64,000 nucleotides of DNA from Callorhinchus milii (GCF_018977255.1 NW_024704742.1:31808001-31872000), one strand, 5' to 3'. Positions 12,961 to 26,410 are shown, counted from the stretch's first letter. A program made the numbers and translations. The notes: generated from the sequence alone by a model not told the origin.

Positions 12961-13802
12961 CTAACCTCTTCAACCCCCACCCCCTCTACCCCTCTCCGCC
13001 GACCCATCCTCCACCGAAGGCACAAAACAACTGCAGCTGGTGGGTGGGGAGTGGAGTTTAAGCCGGTTCACCATTGACATAAGTGACTGAATTCCAGTAG
13101 CAACAACTGCAAATAACCACAAGCACTTCCTACAGTTTCTATGGGAGCAATTTCAGGCTTAACTGTAGGGCTCCTGTGCAATCGCATGAAAAAAAACATG
13201 ATGAGACTCCAACACAACCATGGTGAAAGAGAAACCAATCTGGTTAGTTAGCAATAATCATCAGTGCTCTTGTAACTCCCAGTATAATCGACCAGTCATC
13301 AGACATGATTCAGACATGGCGCAATTATAACATTATACTGTGGCGAAAGAAAGAAGACAGACAGTAATCTTCTAGTGGCCTGCTAAAGATTATTTTGTAA
13401 TCTGACCATAACAAGACGGGTGAGTGATACAGGGAGGATTTTCGACAGTAATCTGGTAGCAAAACACAAATAACTAACAAACCGTTTGATCTGTGTCATC
13501 TTGAACACCTTCCTGCCTTTTCATCACTCCAGCTTTTCGGTTTTCCCTTAACGTTTTCAACTTTAAACCGACCTGTTCTTTATATTTTTCATTCATTATT
13601 TATTCCCTCACCTCTGCCAGTTACCTCCCACCACACAGAGGCTAGGAAAAAACCCTTCTCTGCTACGGCTTGCTAAGCGTCAATGAGACTGGTCTTGCGT
13701 TCATCAACGAATTTCATTCCTTCCCTGTGTAGCAGCCCTTGCCTACAATGACCGAGCCCAGCAGATCACCCTGTGGAAATTCATGGGCAACCTTTGCATC
13801 CC

Positions 13803-14010
13803 ATAACAACAACAACAACAAATTACACTTGTATGGCATACTTCACATCGGAAAGACGTCCCAGGGCAATGGCCAATCAGAGGTTTTTGGACCCGAGCTG
13901 GGAGTTGGGGTCAGGAGGGGTGGAGGGCAGGGGGGGGTGGAAGTATGACCAAAGGCACGGTTGAAGAGGAAGTTCTTTAGATGGGACTTGAAGGAGGCAA
14001 GATAGGGCAG
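13803..14010 (-). mobile_element. L2 LINE 3' end fragment
   Basis: (CAA)n tail, stem-loop, purine-rich 3' UTR complement. Confidence 0.8.
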
Positions 14011-14899
14011 TTGTTGTCATGTCAGCCTACATGTACATTGCTGTGCACAAATCGGCTGTTGCGTTTGCCTTCAAATACGATCAGTACACTTCACAGTAAC
14101 TTTGTGAAGCGCCTTGAGATGTTCTTGACATTATCATGCACCGTATAAAAGGTAAGGATTATTTGAAGTTTCATCATGATTTGCCACATTGCCCGCCTCT
14201 GAACATACCTTACCCCAAATGCAGCCCATCTGTTCCTGTTTGTGGGTAATTCAAGTGGCTTTCACGTAATCCAGAAGAAACTCAAGTGGCCCAGTAGTTC
14301 CGGTGATGTGTCACTGGCTTCCCAACCGGGGAGTTTGTGGGGTGAATTTGTGCCTTGACAGATAGTTCAGCTCGCTGCCTGCCTGTGATGATTGGGTTTT
14401 CACCAGGTTGCTATAGGCAGGGCAACCTTTTCAGCTCAAAATTCAATTTGGTTCCAATTACAGGGCAAACATCTCCACATATTATCAGCAACAACGAATT
14501 GCATTTGTATAGTGCCTTTCACATCAAGAGGACGTCCCAAAGCACTAAAAGTGCAAATGGGGGCCATGCACTGTGCCACAGTCAATAGCCCCCATCACCA
14601 GCCCAGCTATATTAGGAGGAGGCTTTAATAAGTCACTTTCTTGCTTGCATCAGGTTCATGCAGTTTATGAGTTTGTTTCTGTTGGCCATCCAGTTGTTTA
14701 TAGTTTGGGCAATTTGTTTGCCTACAAAACATACAGACACTACACTTTTGTAGTATATCCGGTGGCAGACAACACAACTTGAAAATGTGAGCCAAGATAG
14801 GATTTCAATCTCCCAATAATTTCTGATGCTGCTAATCTCTCTGTGGTTTACCCTTCTGAAGTAAGGTTAACCTCATAAATATTTTCACGCTGGCCTGAT

Positions 14900-15082
14900 A
14901 TTTCCAGAACAGGCAGCCGGGACCTTGGTTTATTGTCTCATCTGAAAGATGGCACCTCTTACAACGCAGCAGCCCCCCAGCAATGTATCAGACTGTGAGC
15001 TTGGACTATATGAGTTCCACATTGCAAATCCACAACCTTCTGACTCAGAGTCGAGAATGCTACTAACTGAGCCAGACTGACA
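14900..15082 (-). mobile_element. Old Deu-domain SINE, 5' half
   Basis: gtctcatctgaaagatggcacct...aaccttctgactcagag...ctgagccagactgacac. Confidence 0.7.
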
Positions 15083-16229
15083 CACAAAGTCTTGTCAGAA
15101 GAGATCTTTCCTCTGTACTCTCTGTAACCTTAGTGACTGGCTTGGAGTGTTTAGTAAAGTAAACCTTTTTAATGAAGCAGAAACAAGGTTCAGAAAAACA
15201 GTAAAAACACAGTATTTGGAGCTCTGAAAGTAAAACTATTGCCTGCTGGCAATCTTTATTCCTGGCCATTTATTTTAAGGTCATTTCAAGCAGAGTTCAA
15301 TAATGCTGTACAAATACTGTTAATAATTTGGGCTTGTCTTTGCTTACAATCGTGTATGCTCTTGCTCCAAATTAAATCTGGAAGTCCTTAGGTTAGGCTT
15401 TGTTCACAGCGGAAACAAGAATTACATCATGACATGAAACAGGGTCTTTTATGGGAACAATAAATTGAACTTCACATTCCTTACAGGGAACCAAGCTCTG
15501 CTGTGTTCAATACTCATTCAGTATTGCAGCGTTACTGATGTGAAGCGATATTGCTGAATAGCGAGTGTTGCATGTATTTCCGAACAACTTGCTTTTATAT
15601 AACGGCCTTCACGTGGGATAGCAGGGTACTATCAATGAACTGTTTCGCCAATGATACCAAAAATGTGTGAGGAGCATTGTTGTGTACAAACTGGCTGCTG
15701 TGTTTGCCTACTAAATACCTAGTCACTACGCTTCACAGCAAATCCTGTGAAGCACTATGAGACATCTTCTGACGTGAAAGGCTCTATATCAAACGCAAGT
15801 ATTTTTATTTTTAATGCTAAACTAAGCCCCTACGAGATGCAACTCTTGAAATTCCATCTGTAAGATCATTTTGCCTTAAAAATATAAACAGAGTTGTGGA
15901 AAATTCTTTAATTCAGTCTTCAGAAGCTGATTTTCTGGAGGTCTTAAAAAGTATTAGCTTTAAATTAAGAGTGAATTTGATAAGTTTGTCACAAATCTGT
16001 AATTTTTCAGAAAAATATAGTTTGAAAGGTGGAATTTCAGTGAGGTACATTCATCAGATTGCAATTTACCATTAAACATAAGTGTGAATAAACAAACCAA
16101 TCATCAGTAGGCTGTAAGAAGAAATTATTCATGCTTGGTGACAATGCTAAACAGACATCAGAAGTAGCAGCCACAATGCATTGTAAAGCCACAGATTCAG
16201 TGTCTTTAGTAATAATTGCAAATTGCAAT

Positions 16230-16550
16230 ACAATAATTCTTGCATTTGATATACTATAGCACCTAAGTGCAAAAAAACAAAGTGTTTGATGTAAATTGGT
16301 AATTGTTGTAAAGTGCAGTGACTGTATGTCTATAGGTGAATGCAGCAGCCAATTTACCAACCGCAAAGTCCCACAAACGGCCATGAAGTGAATGACCATT
16401 TTTTTTCCTGGGGATTGTTGGCCAGGAGACCGGAAGAAACTCCTTTAACATCCACCTGAGGGGCTTGGTTTCACTTCTCATCCAAAGGGCAGTGCCTCTG
16501 ATAATGCAGCCCTCTTCTAACCCTGCAATGAAGTGTCAGACTAGACTGTG
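16230..16550 (-). mobile_element. Old Deu-domain SINE, partial
   Basis: Reverse-complement Deu core and tail. Confidence 0.7.
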
Positions 16551-16800
16551 AAAGTACTGTATAACCAATTGAGGCAGGCTTGAAAATTGTCATGTTAAGA
16601 ATACATGGCGATTTTCACTCCAATGTATTGTCATGTTGATTCCAAAGGTGTGATGGTTAGATTGCTTCATCTGCTTGTAAAGCACAGATTATCCTTGAAA
16701 CTCCAAAACAATGTAGGAATGAGTAATAGGGCAACCAGGAGCCTCGACTCGTCAAACAAGAGGATTAAGCTTCAGATACCTGTAGGGAAAGTACCCACTT

Positions 16801-17126
16801 TAATAATAATAATAATAATAATAATCCTTGCATTTGATATAGCGCTTTTCACGTCGGGAGGACGTCCCAAAGCGCTTCACAGAATATACTGTAAAGTGAG
16901 TTGACTGTATATTTGTGGGAGAACGCGGCAGCCAATTGCGCACAGCAATGTCCCACAAACAGTCATAGATTGAAAATGACCAATTTATTATTGTTTTTGG
17001 TTTTGGAGGGATTATTATTAGGCGTGTGGAGTAAGGAAACTTGCCCAAGGTTTCGCCCTGCCTGGAATTGAACTCAGGTCTCTCGCTTGCAAAGCGAGTG
17101 CTCTAACCACTGAGCTACAGGACTCC
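16801..17126 (-). mobile_element. Young full-length tRNA(Ala)-headed SINE, short variant, with probable TSD actttaa
   Basis: Near-identical to 22732-23046 and 59997-60321; actttaa at 16797-16803 and 17127-17133. Confidence 0.93.
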
Positions 17127-17545
17127 ACTTTAAGCATTTAGCAAGGGTGGGCACAATGATAATGACAATAGTGGTACTGTTTGTAAAGACAGTACGTTAG
17201 GTGATTAATGACACACGTCGGGGTGAACAGCTACAAGTTTTGACCTCAGTCACGGAACACAAAATATGCACGAGGATCCAATCACAGTGAGATGATAAAC
17301 AACAACTGAATGGATCTAAAGCTGTCTGTAACACATACCTCGGAGAAAGAGGAGGGGAGAAATTCCAACTGGGTCTAGATTTACTCGTTTCTCTACATTT
17401 CAACCAGTATAGGGTTTTGCAAATTCTTCAACTTTGAAGCCATGTCTTTTTTAACGCTCTTAAAAGAATCTCCAGAAAACCATTTAAGGATTTGCCAAAT
17501 TCCACCCCTTTGAAATGTTAAGGAAAGAGTCGGGAAATGCTAAGG

Positions 17546-17906
17546 CAAGCCCCACATCGGGACTTTGAACTCATATAATCTAAGATGACACTTCAATGCA
17601 GTGCTGAGGGTGTGCTTAATTGTTGGAGATGCCATGCTCAGAACAGACATTAATCCTGTTCGGTTGGACGTTAAAGATCCTATGGCACTACTTGAAAAGA
17701 GAAGGGAAATTCTTCTGGTGTTCTGGCCAACAATCCCCCAAATATATTTGGCCAACCACTTCATGGCTGTTTGTGGGGTATCGCTCGGTGCAGTTCGGTT
17801 ACTGTGTTTGCCTACAAATTGCAGTCATTCCACTTAACAGTATATTCTGTGAAGCGTATTGAGTCACCCCTGAGTGATAGGTGCTATGTCAAGTGCAAGG
17901 ATTATT
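17546..17906 (+). mobile_element. Old Deu-domain SINE
   Basis: ttaaagatcctatggcactacttgaaaagagaagggaaattc Deu core and tail. Confidence 0.78.
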
Positions 17907-18699
17907 GGGACACCTTATAGAACTGAGATTTTTTTGTATTCCATTCACTAGACAATTTCTTCTGTTAGAATAGGTTCAATTTAATGGTATAGGCACACTT
18001 GAGAGAATCTTGTCAGGATTTCTTCCGCGCTTTAGATTAGGAGCTCAAGTCTCAAAGTGATATTTGAGCACCACCTGAAGAGAAAAACAATTGAACTAAT
18101 CGATAAACTGAATTTACATTGTGGTTTTCATGTATGTTCGGCAGCTAATCTGCAGCAGCAAAGCCCCCAAAACAACTATGTGATGAGTAGCCAATGAATT
18201 TTGAATTTAGGGACCCCCTCGTCATTTTTGGGTGAGGAGTGGAATTCAGTTTAACGTCTCATGTGAAGGACGGCTTCTCCGCCAATGCAACACCTCCACC
18301 CCCAGCACTGCGTTGGAGTGTCATCTTAGACTAGGTCCCCTCTGTCTGTTCAGGTGGACGTAAGAGAACTCATAGCACAAAATGAAAAGAGAGGGGGAGG
18401 TTTCCAGGTATCCTGGCTAATATTTCCCCACATGTGGGTTTAAAACTGTTTTAAACCTGTTTCAAACCTTGCAACTTAGTAATCCTTAGCACGTGGACCA
18501 GGCATTTAAAGAGATTATTTGTGTCTCATAAGGTGAACATAAAAGTTAATTAAGAAGGGCTTTTGCTTTGGACATAATGTTATGTACATTGTTCCATCAC
18601 ATAGTCAAAGTGTTTGCTATGAAGATCAGACTCACGGTTTATAAAATGTTTTAGGAATGGGAAAACCAATAACCATTTCCTTCAATCCCTTCTGTCATT

Positions 18700-18990
18700 G
18701 GAAATTGCTGTTTTTCAAACACATTTATAATGTCTGCCTTTGAGAGTTTCCTTGGCAACTTATTCCATGACACTTTTGCCCTTTATGTAAAAAGTTTCTG
18801 CTTGATATCTTTCCTTTGTCTGAAATTACTAGTTTTGAAACTGTGCCCCATTAGAATCGAACCCTTCACCACAGTGAACAACTTGTCTGTCCTGGTTTTG
18901 GAAATCTCTTTTACTGTCAATCCACTTAATCATTTAGCAAACCTCAATTTGGCCACTTTGAAGTCTCCTCTTTTCCGAGAGTTAGTTTGC
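18700..18990 (-). mobile_element. Degraded CR1 3' fragment
   Basis: Reverse complement of CR1 3' region (ttattccatg...ctttatgtaaaaagtttctgcttgatatc). Confidence 0.55.
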
Positions 18991-20146
18991 CAGTAAAGAA
19001 AAATACTCAACTCATGTTAACGGTCAACAGAAATCTTTCAGATTTTTCCTGGATTGGAAGGAGAAAGATGTCACATTTCTGCCCAACCTCACTTGGATAA
19101 ATATGATGGAATTTACATGATACCTGAATTGGCATACATCAGAATTACCATTTGAAATGCCATGACAATTACTCTTTTCAAGTTTGTGAATTACGTTTAT
19201 CATTTTGTTGCTGCCAGGCCGATATCAATGAACCTATTTCCTGGTTAAAGTGATTCCAGGTGGGGCGTATTATTTTAAGTACATTATTGTAAAGTATTTC
19301 GCAATCCCGTATTCCTGATAATGTATCTCACCTGGGACGTTTTTTAGCTAGGAAACTGGTCCACAATTATGTCAGTCAAGCAGAAAGTAGTCAAAAATCA
19401 CCACTGAATCTGCGTTACAACTGCAATAAGCAAACAAGGTTATACCAGAGCACAACTGCATATCGGGGTGAAAAATGTGATACTTCATAGCTTCAATATG
19501 ATACTTACCTGCTGTGAAATTTCATATTTTCACGTATTCGCCTACAAAATACAAAAAAGTCACTTTACAGTATATCCTATGAGGCACTTTGAGATAATAA
19601 TAATCTTTGCATTTGATGTAGTGTCATCACGTCGTTGAGATGTCTCAAAGCGCTTCACAGAATATATTGTAAAGTGTATTGTTGTATTTTTGGGGGGCAA
19701 AAATCCTTGCATTTGATATAGTACCTTTCACTTCAGGAAGAGATGTTGCGAAAGATACTATATCAAATGCAAGGATTATTGTTATTAATATTATTTTGTA
19801 TTCTGAAGTTTCAAAAAATTGGGCTCAAGATTAACTTGAAGAATAAAGCAATCCATCTTTGAGTTTAAAAAACCTGACGATAAAAACAAAACTGATGATA
19901 CGTTTAAATTTAAAAGCAATATGTTACTTTGCAAATTTCATTACAACATAATGAAATATAAAATAATTCCCTCAAATTATCCTCCCCTATATTCTCTCGT
20001 CTTGAAGAGAAGAACTCTGTCTGGTGTAAGCTTCAATGGGTGCCAGATTCTTCTGAGCTCAGATACCGAGTGTTTGTGGGATATTCAGTCATAGTACGTA
20101 TCACAGCCAAGCGACACTGCTCTCACCAATCGCCAGAACTTGAACA

Positions 20147-20493
20147 AGCTGACAATCCAATGCGGTGCTGAGGGTATGTGCCATTGTCCGAGGTGTCGTC
20201 CTTGGGATGAGATGTTGAATTGAGTTCTTGTCTGCCTCTTCAGGTAGATGTTAAAGATCCCATGGCACTATTCAAAAAGAAAAGGGAGTTTTTCCCGGGG
20301 TGTCCTGGCCAACAATCTCCCAAATAGAATTGGTCGTTTATTTCATGGCTATGTGTGGGACATTGTTGTGTCCAATTAGGCAGCCACATTTGCCTACAAA
20401 TACACAATACTCCACTTTACAGTAAATCCTGTGAAGCACTTTGGGACGTCCTCCCGATTTGAAAAGCGCTATACAAATGCAAGGGTTGTTATT
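20147..20493 (+). mobile_element. Old Deu-domain SINE
   Basis: Deu core plus gggacgtcctcccgatttgaaaagcgctatacaaatgcaag tail. Confidence 0.8.
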
Positions 20494-20874
20494 ACAATCT
20501 GACAGTATTTACAAGCATTTTCTTGCGAGAGAAGCAAAACACTGGCCCCAAGATAAAGTTGGCAACAATCAGAAACTGGTTCCTGGCTGATTTGTCTGTT
20601 CTGTATTGAGGAAAAGTGTGGCACCTTCATTTATGTTGTGATGGGAGTTCACTCTTCATGGTAAAATCCTTTTTTTTCGAAACAAAAAAAACTGTTCTCC
20701 ATCTGTAGATTTTTTTTTTAAGCAATGGCACCGGCCATCAATTACCTGGAATGAGCAGATCTGTATAAATACTTTTGTCTGATACACCGATAGCAGTCGT
20801 GTTACAGTGGGATGAGGTGGTCACCAAGTCTTGTGTTCACTTTGCAGATACAGAATGCTCCCCTCCAGCACAGA

Positions 20875-20893
20875 CTGCTCCATCTAGTGGCCC
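20875..20893 (-). promoter_or_regulatory. Candidate CTCF binding site
   Basis: Minus strand GGGCCACTAGATGGAGCAG fits the CTCF core CCASYAGRKGG; lies in non-repeat sequence. Confidence 0.5.
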
Positions 20894-22289
20894 ATCTTAG
20901 AAATAACTGAATTTAACAAAATGTGGTGGTGGTGGTGGGGTGTGTGGAGAAGAAGAATTTAGATTACAATTTGTTGTGAATAATTTTGTGTACTTCACCT
21001 TTTTTTTAAATCACTTAGAGAAATTGCACAAGTTGGTAACTTTGCCAACTTTGTGACCTGTGAAACTGTGCAATGGAATATCGGGAACGAACTGTGGGAT
21101 TTCTTGCTATTTAAAATGCTGAGATTTTGTCCTTTTCACCCACAAAATAGACAGCCAATTCACTTTACACTATATCCTGTGAAGAGGTTTGAGATGTCTC
21201 AATTACATAATGAGGCGCTATATCAAATGCAAGGATTATTATTAAGATTTTCCTCTAGGTGCACAGGAATAGATAGGAAACAAAACTTGCCAAGGCTTTA
21301 TTAAAAGTCACGAAGCTGCCACGCGCACTGATATCTGCAGCCGAGAAGCATTCATACTAGATTGCTGCTTTTATGCTATCTCACATTTAAGGGTTATCGT
21401 GTCTATCATTGGGATAATGCTGATTCTGGGAGCAAAGCCAGGCACAGGCAGGCAGACACACAACAAAGTGCCAGACTTTCTATATAATATGATAATATTT
21501 CTTGCATTTGATATAGCGCCTTATCACATTTTTGAGATGTCTCAAAGCGCTTTACAGAATATATTATCAAGTGAATAAATTGACTGTATATTTTATGGAC
21601 TGTATATTTTGTTTTTGGCCGCAAACCTCTCAAATTAAAGCCAAATCCTTCTTGCAGCTAGCAGAGAAGCAACTCAGCACACTGACCATCCTCGCTGGAA
21701 CATCCGCTTTGTGCACTTATCAACAGCACATCAAATGCAATGGAGTGTCACAAACTTCAAGACAGAGTTCTTAGTGTTTCACCTTTATCTCAATGAGCTC
21801 AAAGTACAATGGTATGGTTTACAAAACACATATTTGTTATAATTCAAACAGCGGGTAGCATGCTAAATGATTACCTTGAAGTGCTGAGCCTGTCCATTTT
21901 AATATCAATGTAAGCACCTCAACTTTCCAGGTTAATGTTTTCTGCAGTTAAAGTCTCTTAAATGTTAGACAACTCTCATGTAATAGCACGCGCACATATT
22001 TCTGAATAGGTTTTTGCTCTATGGAATTTTGCTGACTCTGTTCCGTTCAGTTGATCGACTTATGGTCTATTATTTCCCCTTTCAAAATGTGGAGCATAAC
22101 ATCTGAAATTTTCAGGAATAAGTACAGTTTCCTGTCATTTCATGGTGCGGTTATTCTATTAGGAACAGATTATGCGCCTATTCCACTCCTTCCTGCTTTA
22201 CACTGGTGCCACACTGCCAATCCCGTCTTGAAACCATGCCAAAATAAACAGAGACTGTGGTTCACATATGTATCCATATATATATACGT

Positions 22290-22644
22290 GGAGTTCTGTA
22301 GTGTATTGATTAAAGCACTCTCTTCGCAAACGAGAGGACTTGGGTTCGATTCCCGACCAGACAAAATGTTAGGCAAGTTTCCATACTCCACATGCCTCTG
22401 TTTACCTAGGAACGTGGTTGTTAGTGAATGGGTGGATCGCCTTCCGGAGATAATAATCCTTTAAAAAAATGCGGTCACTCAATCTACAACTGTTTGTGGG
22501 ACAATGCTGTGCGCAATTGGATGCTGAGTTTTGCCCCACAAAATATACAGTCGATTCACTTTACAGTATATTCTGTGAAGCACTTTGAGAAGTCTGGAAG
22601 ACATAATATGGCACTATATCAAATGCAAGGATTATTATTATTAT
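22290..22644 (+). mobile_element. tRNA(Ala)-headed SINE, long variant
   Basis: Head, extra segment, 3' Deu segment, tail. Confidence 0.87.
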
Positions 22645-22731
22645 AACGCCATATAGAATATTCGCTTTCATGGCACTGCTTTGTGTTGGATGACTTGTTC
22701 GAGGGTTGATTTATCAGTCCATTTGCTAATT

Positions 22732-23046
22732 GGAGTCCTGTAGCTCAGTGGTTAGAGCACTCGCTTTGCAAGCGAGAGACCTGAGTTCAATTCCAGGCAG
22801 AGGGCAAAACCTTGGGCAAGTTTCCTTACTCCACACGCCTAATAATAATCCCTCCAAAACCAAAAACAATAATAAATTGGTCATTTTCAATCTACAACTG
22901 TTTGTGGGACATTGCTGTGCGCAATTGGCTGCCGCGTTCGCCCACAAATATACAGTCAATTCACTTTACAGTGTGGTCTGTGAAGCGCTTTGGGACATCC
23001 TCCCGACATGAAAAGCGCTATATCAAATGCAAGGATTATTATTATT
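22732..23046 (+). mobile_element. Young full-length tRNA(Ala)-headed SINE, short variant
   Basis: A-box TAGCTCAGTGG, anticodon arm CTCGC-TTTGCAA-GCGAG (TGC), B-box GTTCAATTCC, (TTA)n tail. Confidence 0.93.
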
Positions 23047-23125
23047 AATTACTGCAAAGAGTGGAAATTCCTGCATTAGTCAACAAAACATCTCCTAAAA
23101 AGTAATGCCTCGCTAAACAATATGT

Positions 23126-25391
23126 TACCCAAATAGTAATCTTGAAGTTAAGGCTCCTCTAGGGCAGAGTGACCATAATATGATGGAATTTAGTATTAAG
23201 TTTGAGAGTGATGTAGTTAAGTCTGAAACAAGGGTCTTAAACTTAAATAAAGCAAACTTTGCAGGTATGAGGGACGATTTGGCTGAAATAGACTGGGAAA
23301 GTAGATTAAAAGATATGACGGTAGACAAGCAATGGCAAACATTCAAAGATCTATTAGATAATTCCCAGCGAACGCATATTCCCTTGAGAAATAAAAATTC
23401 CATGGGAAAAGTGGTTCAACCACGGCTAACTAGAGAAGTTAAGGAAAGTATAAAATTAAAAAAGAGACCTATAATATTGCCCAAAAGAGCTGTAAACCAG
23501 AGGATTGGGAGGGCTTTAGAAATCAGCAAAGGATAACCAAAAAACTGATTAAGAGGGAGAAAATGGAATATGAGAGTAAACTAGTTAGAGATATAAAGAT
23601 TGTAAGAGCTTTTATAAGTATATAAAGAGGAAGAGATTAACAAAAGTAAATGTGGGTCCCTTACAGGCAGAGACAGGAGAAATTATACTGGGGAATAAAG
23701 AAATGGCAGAGTCACTAAACAAATACTTTGCTTCTGCCTTCATGTTGGAAGATACTAAAAACTTACCAGAAATAGTGCGGAACCAAGAGACTAATGTTAG
23801 AGAGGAACTTAAAGAAATTAATATCAGTAAAATAATACTACTAGAGAAATTGATGGGACTAAAAACTGATAAATTTCCTGGACCTGATGGCCTGCATCCT
23901 AGGGTTTGAAAAGAGGTGGCTGCAGAAATAGTGGATGCATTGTTTTTGATCTTCCAGAATTCCCTGGATTCTGGAATGGTTCCCGTTGATTAGAATATCG
24001 CAAACATAACACTGCTATTTAAGAAGGGTGGGAGAGAACAAATGAGGAACTATAGACCAATTAGCCTGACATCGGTTATACGGACAATTCAAGGGTCTAT
24101 AATTAGGGACGTGGTCGTGGGGCACTTAGAAAGTATGATTAGGCAGAGTCAACACAGTTTTATGAAAAGGTAATTGTGTTTAACAAATCTTTTAGTTTTT
24201 TGAAGATGTAACTAGCAGGTTGGATAGGGGGAATCAGTGGATATAGTGTACTTAGATTTTCAGAAGGCATTCAACAAGGTGCCACATAAAAGGTTGTTAC
24301 ATAAGATTAGGGCACATGGAATTAAGGGTAATATATTAGCATGGATTGAAGAGTGGTTAACAGGCAGAAAACAGAGAGTAGGGATAAACAAGTCCTTCTC
24401 AGATTGGCAGGTTGTGACTAGTGGAGTGCCACAAGGATCAGTGGTTGGGCCTCAACTGTTTACAGTCTACATCAATGACTTAGATGAGGAAATAGAGCTT
24501 AATGTATTTAAATTCACGGACGATACAAAGCTAGGTGGGAAAATAAACTGTGAGGAGGTCACAAGGAGCAAGAAGGCGGCAGATGGAATATAATGTGGGG
24601 AAGTTATTCACCTAGGTAGAAAAAATAGAAAAGCAGACTATTTTCTAGAAGGGGAGAGACTAGATAGTATTAGTATTCAGAGGGATTTAGGTGTCCTTGT
24701 ATATAGAAAGTTAGTAAGTTAGTAAACAGGTACAGTAAGCAATTAGGAAGGCTAATAGCATGTTAGCGTTTATTGCAAAGGGGTTAGAGTACAACTGGGA
24801 AGTCAATTGTATAGGGCCTTGGTGAGACCGCACCTGGAATATTATGTGCAGTTTTGGTTTCCTTATCTAAGAAAGGATATACTCACCTTAGAGGGGGTGC
24901 AACGTATGTTCACTAGCTTGGTTCCTGGGATGAGGGGGTTGATCTACGAGGAGAGGTTGAGTAAACTAGGCCTATATTCTCTAGAATATAGAAAAATTAG
25001 AGGTGATCTTAGAGAAACCTATAAGATTATTAAGGGTCTTGACAGGGTAGATAGTGTGAGACTGTTTCCCTGGTTGGAGAATCTAAAACTAGTGGTTATA
25101 GTCTCGGGATTAAAGCTCAGCCTTTTAGAACTGAGTTGAGAAAACATTTTTTCACTCAGAGATTAGTGAATTTGTGGAATCCTCTACCCCAGAAGGCTGT
25201 GGATTCTCAATCATTGAACATATTCAAGGCTGAGATCAATAGATTTTTAAAAACTAAAGGGATTAAGGGATATGGGGATAGGGCAGGTAAATTGAATTAG
25301 GTCAGAAGATCAACCATGACCTTATTAAATGGCAGGGCAGGCTCGAGGGGCTGAATGGCCTAATACTGCTCCTATTTCTTATGTTCTTATG
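23126..25391 (+). mobile_element. CR1 LINE, 5'-truncated, ORF2 disrupted by stops and frameshifts
   Basis: End of the APE domain (LGQSDHNMMEF); PGPDGLHPRV, VYLDFQKAFNKV, SGVPQGSVVGP, KFTDDTKLGG, LVRPHLEYYVQFW; 3' end cctatttcttatgttcttatg. Confidence 0.95.
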
Positions 25392-26070
25392 TACCCCAGG
25401 AGATGCAAGTTCAATGCTTCTCATATCATATCATATCATCAATGAGCACATTGACATCATAGGCGAGGGGATGGGGATTCAATGATGTGCACATTGAGAT
25501 CCGTTCGATGTACTAGATAGCAAATGGGTCACTAAATGAAATAATTGAACCAAATGTCATTAATAGTGTCAGGTGGTATATAGAATCAGACACTGTCCAC
25601 ACAATTGATACTTCCTTGGTGCCACTATCTCCATTGATGGTAAAACCCACTTTGCCTAGTGTTCTACAATACCTGGTAGCTCAGTTACTCATTGACAGCT
25701 GTGGGATAGAAAGCTCTGATTTTGAAGCCCCAGTGAGTCAAAACAACCTTTCACCTTTCACTGTAAAAACAAGCTCAGTGTAATGCAATTGCTTTCCAAT
25801 AAATTTTGATGTGCAGCGAGCAAACCGATTTCATAAAAGAGATATATTTATTCAGTCCCCTTCAACTGGAAGCCAACACAAACACTTTGCTCTTCTTATT
25901 CCCTTTTGTTTTATTGCAATATATTGTTCCTGAAAACATCTTCCAAACTCCAGTTTGTAACATGACCTTTTGTGGCTTCTGGTTTTCCTTCACAGGAAAT
26001 ATTTAAGAGCTGTGGTATTCTGCAAAGTGATCAAGCTGCCTTTCTGCACTGTATACCTAACACTAAACTG

Positions 26071-26410
26071 AATAATAATAATGTTGTTTGCAGACAATAC
26101 AGTACCATATCATGCCGCTGAAACACCTCAAAGAGCTTCAAAGGATAAATTACAAGGTGTAGTAACTGTGTATTTGTAGGAGAACTTGGCAACCAATTTG
26201 CATGGAGATATATCCTGTAAACAACCATCAAGTAAGTAAACAATTTTATCTAGGGGATTGTTGGCCAGGACACTGGGAGAAACTCCCTTCTCTTTTCGTA
26301 TAGTGCCATGAGATTTTTAACTAAACAGACAGATGGGAGGCCTTGCTTTAATGTCTTTTCTGAAGGAGACACTTCTGACAATGCAGTGCTCCCCTGTACT
26401 TCACTGGAGT
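26071..26410 (-). mobile_element. Old Deu-domain SINE
   Basis: Reverse-complement Deu core (ttggccaggacactgggagaaactcccttctcttttc...tagtgccatg). Confidence 0.78.

Noticed and set aside
16800..17048. Recurrent 'MGKFPYSTRLIII...WDIAVRNWLPR...KDYYY' ORFs as a multicopy protein family
   Set aside because: Chance translations of SINE copies from TTG/GTG starts; frames are not preserved across copies
22732..22800. tRNA-Ala gene (and equivalent heads elsewhere)
   Set aside because: Has A/B boxes and an anticodon arm, but no proper acceptor stem, and it continues into a SINE body and tail
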